Origin: Octopus bimaculoides
Lineage: Eukaryota
Assembly (NCBI RefSeq): GCF_001194135.2
Contig: NC_068981.1
Span: 190,116,714-190,168,896, forward strand
DNA length: 52,183 bases
Direction: 5' to 3'
A program made the position numbers and the translations under genes. Positions 12,741-26,314 of the stretch are shown here, in pieces. Numbering within the stretch: position 1 is the first letter of the stretch; every line of letters starts with the position of its first letter. Below the pieces are notes generated by a model. It was not told the DNA's origin. It saw nothing but the letters and a program-made list of their open reading frames with translations, and did not search any database.

Positions 12741-14675
12741 CCAAAACCACACAATAAAAAGGCCTCTTGGAATTAATAGAATATCTACTGATTCAGCCTC
12801 CTTAGAAGAGCAAAAGTGAGAGGGTATGAAGGTAGGGGATGTAAGATGTTCTCTCAGAAAATCAAGCAAATGGAAGTCTCCAGGAAAGGATAAAATTCCT
12901 CACTTCTGGTTGACTGCTTTCTCAGGAAATCACGAACTACTGACAAGACTTTACAACAATGTTTTGCAGCAACCTAATACGATTCCCTCTTTGCTAGTTA
13001 AATGGCATTACATTTCTACTTGGAAAAAATGAAGAAACAAATGAACCAAAAAATTATAGACCCATAACCTGTTTAACAACAATGTATCAGATATTAACAT
13101 CTGTCTTGATTGAATACACTAATAACTTCTTAACAGAAAATGGCATCTTCCCTAATGAGTAAAGAGGATGTAAATTGGGACTTATGGTTGCAAAGATCAG
13201 ATTCTCATCACTAAGATGAATTTCTAAGATTGTCACAAGAAGCTAATCTCTACAGAGCTGGATTGAGAATCATCATCATCATCGTTTAATGTCAGCTTTC
13301 CATGCTAGCATGGGTTGGACGATTTGATCTGAGGACTGGTGAACCAGATGGCTACACCAGGATCCAATCTGATTTGGCAGAGTTTCTACAGCTGGATGCC
13401 CTTCCTAACGCCAACCACTCCGAGAGTGTAGTGGGTGCTTTTACATTCCACTGGCACGAAGGCCAGTCAGGCAGTACTGGCAATGGCCACGCTCAAAATG
13501 GTGTATTTTATGTGCCACCTGCACAGGAGCCGGTCCAGTGGCACTGGCAACGACCTCGCTCAAATGTCTTTTCCCGTTCCACTGGCACAAGTGCCAGGAA
13601 GGTGACGCTGGTAACGATGGGAAATGTTTGGAAATTTATAAAATCGCCCCTACTCTATGGAACGTCTTATCTGTAAGAATGAGAACATGGAAAACTACAC
13701 TGACTTTCAATAATCAGAATGAATCTCTGAATGCTGGAGATGTAAGAATTTCATGTGGCATTTTCCAAGGTGACTCTCTATCACCAATTCTCTTTTGTCT
13801 AGCTTTAATACCTCTTTCCATATTGCTCGATGAAGTACAATGTGACTATAAAATGTTTGATAAAAATATAAATCATCTCATATACATGGATGATTTAAAG
13901 CTCTTTGCAAAAAATGACCAGCAAATTCAGGGTTAACAAGCAATTGTAAAAGAGGTTAGTGATGACATCAGAATGGAATTTGGCCTCGATATATGTGCAT
14001 AAGCTACCTTTATCAGAGGGAAAATGATAGAAACACCCAACGTTAAACTTGACCAACAGAATGTCATAAAATAGTTAGAACCAGCAGAGAGCTACGACCA
14101 CCTCGGGGTATTTGAAGGTGATAGAATCAAACATTGAATGATGAGGGAAAAGATCAGAAAAGAATGTTATCACAGGCGAAGGGCAATACTCAAGACAGAG
14201 CTGAACACAAGAAACAGGATCAACATGATCAATACTTTAGCCATACTGGTCATGACTTACAGTTTCAATATCATTAACTGGTCAATTACTGAAATATGTA
14301 ATCTTGACAGAAAAATACGAAAATTGTTGACAATGCGTAGAATGACCACCCTAAGGCAGATATAGAATGACTTTACCTGCCAGGAAAAGAGGGTGCCCGT
14401 GGACTTTTACAACTGGAATGAACAATGAAGATTGCCACGATTGGCCTCAACACCTACCTGAAAAACTCTGACTTGTCTTAAAGCATGAAAACAAAAAAAA
14501 ACAGCATATTCAGTAACAAAACAGGCAAAGGAATATCTCAGTGAATTCCAAATACAACAAATCCCAGAATTAGATGTACTGGAAACAATCACAGAAAAAG
14601 TTAAATGTATGAAAATCCATGCTAAAACTATTGCCTTAGATATTCTTACAGATAAATGGTAAGAAAAACACTCTC
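12741..14675 (+). mobile_element. R4/Dong-like non-LTR retrotransposon RT region (pseudogenised), interrupted by family B
   Basis: KSPGKDKIPHFWL, KNYRPITCLTTMY, YGCKDQILI, then after the insertion KCLEIYKI..GIFQGDSLSPILFCL..HLIYMDDLKLFAK, MEFGLDICA, TLAILVMTYSFNIINW..LDRKIRKLLT; stops and frameshifts present. Confidence 0.9.
13269..13620 (-). mobile_element. family B RTE 3' fragment inserted in the Dong RT
   Basis: (CAT)n tail at left, 65-bp units at right. Confidence 0.85.
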
Positions 14676-14684
14676 AATGGAACG

Positions 14685-15068
14685 TTAAAAGCACCATTCA
14701 AGTGTGATCGTTGCCAGGGCTGCTGACTGGCTGCCATGCCAGTGGCACACAAAATAATAAAGCACCATTCGAGCGTGGTCGTTGCCAGTACTACCGGACT
14801 CATTCCTGTGCAGGTGGCATGTAAAAAGCACCATTTGAGTGCGACCGATGCTAGTACCGCCTGACTGGCCCTCATGCTGGTGGCACGTAAAAGCACCCAC
14901 TACACTCTCGGAGTGGTTGGAGTTAGAAAGGGAATTCAGTGGTAGAAACTTTGCCAGATCAGATTGGAGCCTGGTGTAAACTTCTGGCTCGTCAGCCCTC
15001 AGTCAAACCGTCCAACCCATGTCAGCATGGAAAGCAGACGTTGTATGATGATGATAATGATGATGATA
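14685..15068 (+). mobile_element. family B RTE 3' fragment
   Basis: three 65-bp units, conserved 3' end and (GAT)n. Confidence 0.85.
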
Positions 15069-15428
15069 AAGGGTCCTAACTCATTGACTCAATTTATTAA
15101 TTTTTATAACTTACACAGTTTTTGGCTTCAAAAAATATTCAAAACATTTATATCATCATCATTTAATGTCCATTTTCCATTCTAGCAGAGGTTGGAAAGC
15201 TTGTCAGAAACTGACAAGTCAGAAGATGCACGAAGCACTTCCATCAATCATAGATAGGCCTAGAGGAAAAGAAATGATAGAATAATTTAGCTGCTTGGAA
15301 CGTGGTTGATTCTGCTGTAAAAGGGGACAAAAAAATTGATCATAACGAGTTCTTCAAATGGAATGAAATATCAAACGATTGTTTTCAAAACTCATAATGA
15401 AATGTAGCACATCTTGTAAAGGTAGAAC

Positions 15429-15506
<78 letters not shown>

Positions 15507-15549
15507 TAACAACAACACCAATAATAATTATAATAGTGATAATAATAAT
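15429..15549. repeat. (TAA)n
   Basis: visible; 5' flank of the Dong copy. Confidence 0.95.
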
Positions 15550-16388
15550 TTGGAATGGCATGGAAAGAGAAAAATGTATGGTCAGTTTGCAAGAGATACA
15601 AGCTCCAAGATAGATACAGAGGGCCAGTGGTTATGGATGCAAGGGAGTGAGTTGACAATAGAAACAGCAACATTTATATGTGCAGCACAAGAATAAGCAT
15701 TGTGGACTAACTATGTGATGTACTGAATTGATAATACAGCTGAGAGCAACAAATGCCGAATGTGTGGTAAGAAGGGTGAAACAGTATGGCACATTGTTAA
15801 TGAATGCCTGAAATTGGCACAGTGCAAATACAAAAGACAACATGACAATGTGGCAAGAATGATCTATGGGGAACTCTGTGGAAATATTGGCCTAAAAAGA
15901 TCATCGATGTTGTATGACCAAATAACAGAAGGAGAATGAAGATTGCAAAATCTTGTGGGATGCAACGATTCAGTGTAACTATCAGATTAGACATCGAAAA
16001 TCTGACATTGTTGCAGTGAACAGTAAAAATGAAACATGCTTGATAATTGACGTAGCCTGTCCAAGTGACAACAGGATCAAAGAGAAAGTGAGCAACTTTG
16101 ATGAATTGAAGTGGGAAATATACGGGTTGTGGCCAATGAAGAGAGTGAATATGATAACAGTAGTGACTGCTGTGCTTGGAAGTAACAGCACTCAACTACC
16201 AGCATGGCTCAAAATGATTGGTACAAATGTAAAGATGGATCACCTACAAAATCATTGCTTGGAACTGCAAGAGTTCTCTGTTGGGTTCTTGAAACACAAC
16301 TAGTAAACAAGTGTCATCGTAGCCTACTAGCTCTGGCAGCTGACACTTACCATCATATCCAGCAAAATAAACTGAGAGTTTTCATAAA
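15550..16388 (+). mobile_element. R4/Dong-like element 3' portion: CCHC knuckle and restriction-like endonuclease
   Basis: EWHGKRKMYGQF, CAAQE, CRMCGKKGETVWHIVNEC, KILWDATIQ..RKSDIV..IIDVACP, KSLLGTARVL; (TAA)n tail 16389-16505. Confidence 0.9.
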
Positions 16389-16406
16389 ATAATAATAGTA
16401 ATAGTA

Positions 16407-16491
<85 letters not shown>

Positions 16492-16505
16492 TAATAATAA
16501 TAATG
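16389..16505. repeat. (TAA)n tail
   Basis: visible. Confidence 0.95.
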
Positions 16506-16906
16506 AATTCTTATCTTAACTGATTGGAAGTGGTATCATGCACATTATATTGTCTTGTTGTAAAAGATGGGCTACAGCAAATGTTCTGCTCAGAACCACA
16601 AATTTGCTTGTCAGTTGTTTGACCTTAACCAGTTGAGCATGTCTCTTAGTGGCTGATGATATGTGCATCACTGATCATGAGCAGAAGTAGTGGGGGAGCA
16701 TCATAGCCATGTGTCGAGAGGACTTCTTTGCAGTTTGGATAATTCACCTTTTGAAACATGGGTGTGTCATTCAGTATCCTTAAACAACCCTTATTCAGGG
16801 ACCTGTTAAGTGGGATGGGCTACTCAACCTCCTGAAAATTCTAACTGGGCTCCACCTCCGAGGCCATGTGCTGTTTATCTTAATATGAGATCCCCATGTC
16901 ACGCTC

Positions 16907-17236
16907 AAGATTTTAATTCTGAACTTTTGAAAACAAGACATTTGTACTACAGAGCCAGAGCCGGTTTCAGTCGGGTTGGTAACAAAAGGCTTAAATTAAT
17001 CATTTGTTAACCCTTTCATTTCCATATTTCTGTTGAGATGCTCTGTGTTTCTTTCAATTAATTTTAAATATAACAAAGAATTTAGTAAAATAACTTAGTT
17101 ATAATTCAGCTAGTGTTAGGAACATAAATTGTGACTAAAGTTTGGTGGAAGATTTTAATGCAAAACTTATGAAAACATTACATTTGAACTACAGAGCCAG
17201 AGGCAGTTTCAGCTGGGTTGGTGACGAAAGGGTTAA
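16907..17236 (+). mobile_element. piggyBac-like MITE: partial unit, spacer and full 222-bp unit (17011-17232)
   Basis: TTAA|CCCTTTCATTTCCA ... TGGTGACGAAAGGG|TTAA; ~14-bp imperfect TIRs and TTAA flanks as in piggyBac. Confidence 0.8.
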
Positions 17237-17559
17237 AAGAGAAAATGGCCAACAATATGTATGTTATTAAATGGAAAAACAGTTAGTATGAATCACCATA
17301 AGGCATTTTTGTGTATAAATATATTGTTTATTCTGTATTCACCATTTGTGGTGGGAGCAGGTAGTATGATACAAAAACATGTGTGTTTATTTTCAAAGAA
17401 AGTTTTGATTTTTGCTTTTGCACTGAAAGAAGTAACGTATAATATTTGTATTACAGTATGTATGCATGTGTGTAATGAGAACAGTCATTTTGATAATGTG
17501 TGTGTGATAAAATATTTTCATTTATGAACGATGTATCTTGTGTCGAGGTGAATAGGCAT

Positions 17560-17720
17560 GTGAATTGCACATGGGAGATTATGCATGGAGCTGCAGAGAA
17601 GACATGTGTCTTTGACCAAAGCCTGGCAGGAACTGAGAGTTTCTACCATGTAGCTCAGAACGAGGCTAATGTCTCAGAACAAGGCTACTGCATCAAATAG
17701 AGGCTAGTGTATCAAAGCTA
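17560..17720 (+). mobile_element. possible Tc1-like transposase C-terminal relic
   Basis: SLTKAWQELRVSTM..CIK*RG resembles the Tc1 C-terminus; heavily degraded. Confidence 0.25.
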
Positions 17721-18172
17721 GACTAGATGTCACATCGATATATTCATCTGCTGTGGAGGTTGACTCACATATTACTATGTAATATGTAGCTCTTTGTTTT
17801 GAATTGCCAAGACACAGCAAATGAGCTACCTAACTTACACATCTACAAGTGGTTCTCAATCCCTTTTTCCTAATGGACCCCTTTCAATCCTTATTTTATG
17901 CTTCTGGACCCTCATGGCTCTTCGATGTATATAAACAAAAAAAAAGAAAACCATGATGTATTTTTATAACCAAATATTATTAGGAACTGTATAAAAAAGA
18001 ATTTAATATTTTATGTATTGTAAGAAGTGTAAGCAATTCATTGCTCACAAATTTTAACAAAATCTTATACAGACCCTCATGGGTCATATAGACCCTGATT
18101 GAGAATCGTTGATTTACAACAACTCCAGATTGGCTGGCTTGTAAATTCTTCTGATTTATCAATGAAATATGC

Positions 18173-18210
<38 letters not shown>

Positions 18211-18282
18211 CATACACACAAGGCTACAATAAATACTTACCGTTTCCTTTATACTGAATATACTAACTCAGGGCATAATAAC

Positions 18283-18313
<31 letters not shown>

Positions 18314-18374
18314 TTTGTAACTCACCAGTCACAATAGGAAATGGAGAAAAAATAACACTGTTCATGGTGAATAT

Positions 18375-18835
18375 ATAAACAAGGAGAGTGAAAGGAAGGA
18401 GGGGAGGATGAGGGAAAGGAAGAGGTGGAGTAGGAGGTGGAGCAGGAAGTGAAGGAGGAGGAGGAGAGAAACAAAGGGGAAGAGACTGAAGAAGAAGAAG
18501 AAGAAGAAGAAGAAGCAGCAGCAGCAGGAGAAGGAGCAACAAAAGAAAGGGGAGAAGGGAGAAAAGGGGAAAAGAAAGGTGAGGAGAAGGGGAAGGGGAG
18601 GAATGAGAGAAGAAGGAGGAGGAGGAGCAGGAGCAGGAGGAGCAGGAGGAGGAGGAGCAGGAAAAGAAAGTGGAGAAAGAAATGAAGAAGAAGAAAAAGG
18701 AGGAGGAGAAGGAAGAATGAGAGAAGATGAATGTGGGAGAGAAAGGGGAGGAGGAGAAAAAGAAAGTGGAGAAAGAAGTGGAGGAGAAGAAGAAGAAGAA
18801 GAAGAAGAAGAAACAAGAGAACAAGAAAATGTTTA
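18375..18835. repeat. purine-rich (GAA/GGA)n low-complexity tract
   Basis: visible. Confidence 0.95.
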
Positions 18836-19184
18836 GAGTAAAACAAACTTGAAAATAATACAAACATGAAAATGTTGAGTAGGAGAACAGATTAATTCTG
18901 TGTATTTGCTTGTTTTTTTCCATTTTGTTTTTTTGGAAGCAAGATGGCAGAATATATTCAGTGAAACATGATGTTAAGGCATTGAAATATATTTTATAAT
19001 TCTGCCAGAGTCTCTTGTGGACCAAAAGTGATGAAGCTTAAATCAAAATGGATTCACACAAATAAAACTGTTATGATTGGATTACGAAAATATTCCTATT
19101 AAACTTCCACACTGTATTCCTTGCTAACTATGTACAATTCTAAACTAACAAGACTAATGTTGGGGATGGGGGCGTTATATTTTC

Positions 19185-19652
19185 TTTTTCTTTTATCTTT
19201 TGCTTGTTTCAGTCATTAGACTGTGGCCATGCTGGGGCAATGCTGTGAAGAATTCTTTTAGTTGAAAGAATTGACCTCAGCCCATTTTTTTTCTTTTAAG
19301 CCTGATATTTATTCTGTTGTTCTCTTTTGCTGAACTGCTGGATTATGGGGATGTAACCAAACTAACACTGGTTGCAGAGCAGTGGTGATGAACAAGAACA
19401 GACACCAAAGACACTCAAACACACACACACACACACATACATACATATATATATAAATGTATGTATGTCTGTATATATGTATGTCTGTATACGACGGGCC
19501 TCTTTCAGTTTCCATCAACCAAATCCACTCACAAGGCTTTGGTCAGCCTGAGGCTAGAGTAGAAGACACTTGCCCAAGGTGCCACGCAGTGGGACTGAAT
19601 CCGGAACCATGTGGTTGGTAAGCAAGCTACTTACCACACAGCGACTCTTGCG
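19185..19652 (-). mobile_element. SINE group A
   Basis: reverse complement of group A. Confidence 0.9.
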
Positions 19653-19711
19653 CCAATAAAATAAATATATACAAATTATAAAAGTAATTTTTAAAAAAAT
19701 ATGCAGTACAT

Positions 19712-20083
19712 AGGTGCAGGAGTGGCTGTGTGGTAAGTAGCTTGCTTACCAACCACATGGTTCCGGGTTCAGTCCCACTGCATGGCACCTTGGGCAAGTG
19801 TCTTCTACTATAGCCTCGGGTCGACCAAAGCCTTGTGAGTGGATTTGGTAGACAGAAACTGAAAGAAGCCTGTCGTATATATGTATATATATATGTATGT
19901 GTGTTTCTGTGTCTGTGTTTGTACCCCCACCATCGCTTGACAACCGATTGGGGTGTGTTTACATCCCCGTAATTTAGCGGTTCGGCAAAAAGAATAAGTC
20001 CTGGGGTCGATTTTCTCGACTAAAGGTGGTGCTCCAGCATGGCCACAGTCAAATGACTGAAACAAGTAAAAGAGTAAAAGAGT
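19712..20083 (+). mobile_element. SINE group A, head-to-head with the previous copy
   Basis: full head, central (TA)n, GAGTAAAA tail. Confidence 0.9.
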
Positions 20084-20149
20084 ACTGTTTCTACTTTGTG
20101 GATTTTCACCTATCACGGAATGTTTTGGAATGTAACACCTACGATAGTT

Positions 20150-20335
20150 GAGGGATTACTGTATTTTGTCTGTCTCTACATTCTGAGTTCAAATTCCACC
20201 AAGGTCAACTTTACTTTTCATCCTTTCAGGGCTGATAAAATAAGTATCAGTTGAGTATTGGGGTCAATATAATCAATTTGGCCCCTTCCCTGAAATTGTT
20301 GGTCTTCTGCCAAAATTTAAAATCAATATAATTCC
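20150..20335 (+). mobile_element. SINE group C type 2 (5'-eroded)
   Basis: TTCTGAGTTCAAATTCCACCAAGGTCAACTTT core. Confidence 0.75.
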
Positions 20336-20389
20336 TGTGTTTGTTTTGATATTAAGATTGACAAAAATTTTAAACTGGAGTTTAAACCA

Positions 20390-20685
20390 AACGTGGCTGA
20401 TGCCAGACCAGTACCTCCTGACTGGCCCTTGTGCTGGTGGCACATAAAAAGGACTATCTGAATGTGATCGATGCCAGGCCCACCTGACTGGCTCCCATGC
20501 TGGTGGTACATAAAAAGCACCCACTACACTCTTGGAGTGGTTGGCGTTAGGAAGGGTATCCAACTGTAGAAAGATTGCCAGATCAGATTGGAGCCTGGTG
20601 CAGCCTCCTGGCTCTCCAGACCTCAGTCAAACCGTCCAACCCATGCCAGCATGGAAAATGGACGTTAAACGGTGATGATGATGAA
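20390..20685 (+). mobile_element. family B RTE 3' fragment
   Basis: two 65-bp units, 3' end and (GAT)n. Confidence 0.85.
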
Positions 20686-20699
20686 GATGGTTTGCACCA

Positions 20700-21075
20700 C
20701 TTAATTAAACTATGGTTCTATTCCACGGCATGGGACCTTGTCTTCAACTAAAACCCCAGGCTGACCAAAACCTTGCGCAGGGATTTTGTAGATGAAAACT
20801 GAAAGGAGCCTATCATATGTGCATTAGTTTGTATGTCTGTGTGTGTCCGTGTGTGTGTGTGTGTGTTGGGGTCTTGTATTCTTGAAATTATGGAACAGTT
20901 GTAAAATAATTGCCACTGTCATAGAAGAAGTATCATTCGTTTCTAATATTCTGTGAAAAAACGCCTGGCAACAAGGGAAAGGTTATCTTTTCATAGAAAC
21001 CAGGAAGAACATCCAGAAGAGGAAATCCGCCTCAATAAACTCCATCCAGCCCAGTCATGTGTGGAGAAGTGGGTA
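20700..21075 (+). mobile_element. SINE with group A head and RTE-type (GAT)n tail (A2)
   Basis: degenerate A head (CCAAAACCTTGCGCAGGGATTTTGTAGATGAAAACTG), (GT)n, distinct body also seen at 29045-29175. Confidence 0.55.
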
Positions 21076-21367
21076 TTAAGATGATGATGATGGTGATAAT
21101 GATGATGATGCTAATGCCAATCATGATGATAACAATGATGATGATGATAATTATGATGTGACGATGGTGGTGATGATGATGATGATGATGATGTAACGAT
21201 GGTGATGATGATGATGATGATGACAATAATGATGATGAGGAGAATGATAATGAAGATGATGACAATGATGATGATGAGGATGATGATGATGATGATGATG
21301 ATGACAATGATGATGATGATGACAATGATGATGATGAGGATGATGAGGATGAGGAGGAGGAGGAGGA
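21076..21367. repeat. (GAT)n/(GAG)n expansion
   Basis: visible. Confidence 0.95.
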
Positions 21368-21769
21368 AGTGGGCTATAATTAAAGCATTTGTTGGGCACG
21401 AGGTATGTGCTGAAGTGTTGAAGACGGTTCATTCCCATTTAAAAATATTCAAGCCAAGAAATTCCAGATACTCTTTGAAAGACGTAATAAAAAGATTTTT
21501 CGTAAAAATCTCATCCATTTTATTCCTTATTCCAATTCTTCAATTGTTCCTTTGTTAACATTAAAATAACTAAATACAATTTTTTCTTCACTTCATGATT
21601 ATGTATTGTGACATCAAAATAAAGTGAATTTAAATCAATTTTTGAAAAGTAGTTTTTCCTAAAACCATATAAATTATAAAATTGAATATATTTTTTTTTT
21701 AGTGAGAGAACACAAGCATTGCCCGATACAGTTAAGTATGTAAATAACTTTTGTTATCAACGTACATAC

Positions 21770-21807
21770 ATGCATACGTATATACATACTTACATACATA
21801 TATGTAC

Positions 21808-21861
<54 letters not shown>

Positions 21862-22758
21862 NNNNNNNNNNNNNNNNNNNNNNNNNNNNNNNNNNNNNNN
21901 NNNNNNNNNNNNNNNNNNNNNNNNNNNNNNNNNNNNNNNNNNNNNNNNNNNNNNNNNNNNNNNNNNNNNNNNNNNNNNNNNNNNNNNNNNNNNNNNNNNN
22001 NNNNNNNNNNNNNNNNNNNNNNNNNNNNNNNNNNNNNNNNNNNNNNNNNNNNNNNNNNNNNNNNNNNNNNNNNNNNNNNNNNNNNNNNNNNNNNNNNNNN
22101 NNNNNNNNNNNNNNNNNNNNNNNNNNNNNNNNNNNNNNNNNNNNNNNNNNNNNNNNNNNNNNNNNNNNNNNNNNNNNNNNNNNNNNNNNNNNNNNNNNNN
22201 NNNNNNNNNNNNNNNNNNNNNNNNNNNNNNNNNNNNNNNNNNNNNNNNNNNNNNNNNNNNNNNNNNNNNNNNNNNNNNNNNNNNNNNNNNNNNNNNNNNN
22301 NNNNNNNNNNNNNNNNNNNNNNNNNNNNNNNNNNNNNNNNNNNNNNNNNNNNNNNNNNNNNNNNNNNNNNNNNNNNNNNNNNNNNNNNNNNNNNNNNNNN
22401 NNNNNNNNNNNNNNNNNNNNNNNNNNNNNNNNNNNNNNNNNNNNNNNNNNNNNNNNNNNNNNNNNNNNNNNNNNNNNNNNNNNNNNNNNNNNNNNNNNNN
22501 NNNNNNNNNNNNNNNNNNNNNNNNNNNNNNNNNNNNNNNNNNNNNNNNNNNNNNNNNNNNNNNNNNNNNNNNNNNNNNNNNNNNNNNNNNNNNNNNNNNN
22601 NNNNNNNNNNNNNNNNNNNNNNNNNNNNNNNNNNNNNNNNNNNNNNNNNNNNNNNNNNNNNNNNNNNNNNNNNNNNNNNNNNNNNNNNNNNNNNNNNNNN
22701 NNNNNNNNNNNNNNNNNNNNNNNNNNNNNNNNNNNNNNNNNNNNNNNNNNNNNNNNNN

Positions 22759-22817
<59 letters not shown>

Positions 22818-22880
22818 CATATATTTATATATATGTATGCATGTATGTATCTGTGTGTGTGTGTGTGTGTGTGTGTGATA
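21770..22880. repeat. (TA)n spanning gap 21862-22758
   Basis: visible. Confidence 0.95.
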
Positions 22881-23214
22881 CATATATACTTATCCATCAT
22901 ACATTTATATATGTGTGTTTATGTGTGTGTTTTTACTTGTGATGTTTATTTCTTTCTTATATTCTTAACATAATTTCTTATAAGATTTTAAACATTAAAT
23001 TATAAAGGTTTTCCCTCAATTTCTTTTTTTGTGTAACAAAATTGCTGTCTTCTCTTCCTAATTTTTTTTCTCCTTCATACATATTCATTTCTACCAGCTG
23101 TTGTGTTGTTTTTTCTCTATTTAATTGAATTCTCAGTCATAAAATTATAATCAACTTAATTTTAATCTAAGTTTCTTTAATATAATTTCTATTGTGTGCA
23201 AGTGTGTATATACT

Positions 23215-23785
<571 letters not shown>

Positions 23786-23949
23786 CATACACATCTGTGT
23801 GTATATATATATACACATAAATATACATATACACATGCACACACACTTGAGTTTAATAGTGTGCAAAATTGTTTGACGATATGCATCTTTTCTCTTGCTT
23901 TTCATATTTGAATTCCCTATTAACATTTGTTTATTTCTATGTTAGTATT

Positions 23950-24049
23950 GCCTATATATACATATATATATATATGTATATACATATACACATATATATA
24001 CATATATACATATATATATACACATATATATATACATACATATATATAC

Positions 24050-24134
<85 letters not shown>

Positions 24135-24330
24135 CATATATATACCCACACACACACACATCTATATATGTACATATATATGCCCACAAACACACACCTA
24201 TATATATACATACATACATATATAAATATACATATATACATATACATATATATACATATATATGTGTGTGTGTTTATGTGTGTGTGTGTATGTATGTGTG
24301 TGTGTGTGTGTATACATCTGTATATATACA
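23950..24330. repeat. (TA)n/(CA)n/(GT)n
   Basis: visible. Confidence 0.95.
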
Positions 24331-25361
24331 TATTTATTTATGTTGAGAATAGATTTTATATATAGAAGTGATGTAATGTTCCTGTAAATTTTATTCTCTT
24401 GCTTTTTGTTAATATATTTTGTATAGCATTCTCACTTATATCTATTTACACAGAACAACAATTTTTCGCAAATACACAAATGGTGGGTGTATTACTAAAG
24501 TTTCCATTCGTATGTTCTTTCGGGCTGAAGTTTTGTTGTAAGGAAACTATTTAATCGATGTCTGCGTTGTTTGGCTATTAATATAAGAAAATATATATTA
24601 TCAGCTACTAAAATGACCAGCCATGCAGAAGGCAAAAATACTATTGAAAAATTCAATGATAAAAATGAAATTGACTGAAAACCCATCACCACCACCACCA
24701 CTACTGTTGCTGGCATCACCACGACTACCATCACCACCACCATTATCATCATCATTAGCAGCAGTTATAGCCTGTTGTATTTTTTCAATAGTTTCCTGTG
24801 TGTTTTTCTCTTTTTCGCGTTGTGTTTAATTCAGTTATATTCCAGTCCAATACTATAAAACCTTATGCTTATGGCTGGTGCTGTAAATGTGTTAATGGCA
24901 TTTATAATGTCATTGCTATTGAAATGTGTTTTTATAACTGTTATTCCCCTAGTTAGAAGCCATCTCGGTACTTGTTCCAACTGATTTAAGACAGTTTTTA
25001 AAAGCTGATGAAATTTGGTTTTGGAGTTTGTATTTTTTTAAACAGCACCCAACCTTTTCTCTTCTGTTATACTGTTTTTTTCTTCTTTGGCTGAAACAAG
25101 TTTTAAATCATAAAGAGAAACATTTTTAGAAGATGATAGTTTAAAGTTTACAATTTGTATTGTTGTCACCAACTTTACTAAAAAAATTCTATTTTATTAA
25201 ATTTATTTTTCAAAAATAATTTTTAAAATGGTATTTTTTTTGTTCTTATTATTATGCTGTATTTTCTATAGAATATTTGGAAGTTATTTTCAGACGTGTG
25301 GTTCTGAGTATGTCCAATAATTCTCTGTTTATCACCTTCTTAAATATATTCTACCATTACA

Positions 25362-25560
25362 GAGCTGCATAAAAGAGCACCCAAGCTAGTGCCACATAAA
25401 ATGCACCCAGTACACTCTGTACAGTGGTTGGCATTAGGAAGGGCATCCAGCTGTAAAAACCATACCAACACAGATGACTGGAACTTGGCGTTGCTCTCTG
25501 GCTTGTCAGCTCCTCTCAGCCCAACCAACACATACCAGCATGGAAAGTAGATGTTTTCAA
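25362..25560 (+). mobile_element. diverged family B fragment
   Basis: GTGGTTGGCATTAGGAAGGGCATCCAGCTGTAAAAAC..CCAGCATGGAAAG. Confidence 0.7.
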
Positions 25561-26024
25561 CAGCGATTTAGCACTGACAGCTAGCAAAGCCAACCTACTC
25601 CAGAGTAATGAAGGGCAACTATCCTGAAACTAGTCTCTGGATGCTGGCTTTGTTGGGTGGAGGTGCGTATCTCCATTGTTTGAAAGCTTAAGGACACAGA
25701 ACACTTGTGTTGCATAGCCAACTAGAAACGATGTTTCCTGGGGCTAAATAGCAGTAGCATTCTTCCCTTTTCTGGGACTGCCACATTAAGTTGGCAACAA
25801 ACCATCACTTAATCATGCTGTTGCTGCATAACTCTCTCTCAGAGATTTAGAAATGCAATATTTCTAATTTCATATTTCTTCTGTTGTCTTGAAAACATTC
25901 TGTATAATATGTGTGTTGCAGGGCCTTTTCTGTATGTTTTATGTATGTCACTCTCCTAAAGAGCTTCATCATGTGTTTGTATATTATTTATCTTTCCTAA
26001 GATACTCATTAATTCCTCCACTTC

Positions 26025-26206
26025 CTCATCATCATCATTATCATGATCATCATGATCATCATCATGACCTTCTTCTTCTTTCCCTTCTTTCCCTTCTTTC
26101 TCTTCTTCCCTTTCTTCTACTTCTTCCCCCTCTTCTTCTTCTTCTTCTTCTTCTTCTTCTTCTTCGTCTTCTTCTTCTTCTTTTTCTTCTTCTTCTTCTT
26201 CTTCTT

Positions 26207-26281
<75 letters not shown>

Positions 26282-26309
26282 ATTATTATTATTATTATTA
26301 TTATTATTT
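26025..26309. repeat. (ATC)n(CTT)n(TTA)n compound
   Basis: visible. Confidence 0.95.
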
Positions 26310-26314
26310 TGGGT

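Noticed and set aside
16510-16900. Repeat-like block after the Dong tail
   Set aside because: Single copy in the window with no diagnostic motif; cannot be classified without a library search.
24495-24575. Minus-strand terminal exon candidate KQRRHRLNSFLTTKLQPERTYEWKL*
   Set aside because: Only a weak acceptor, no recognisable homology and no supporting upstream exons.
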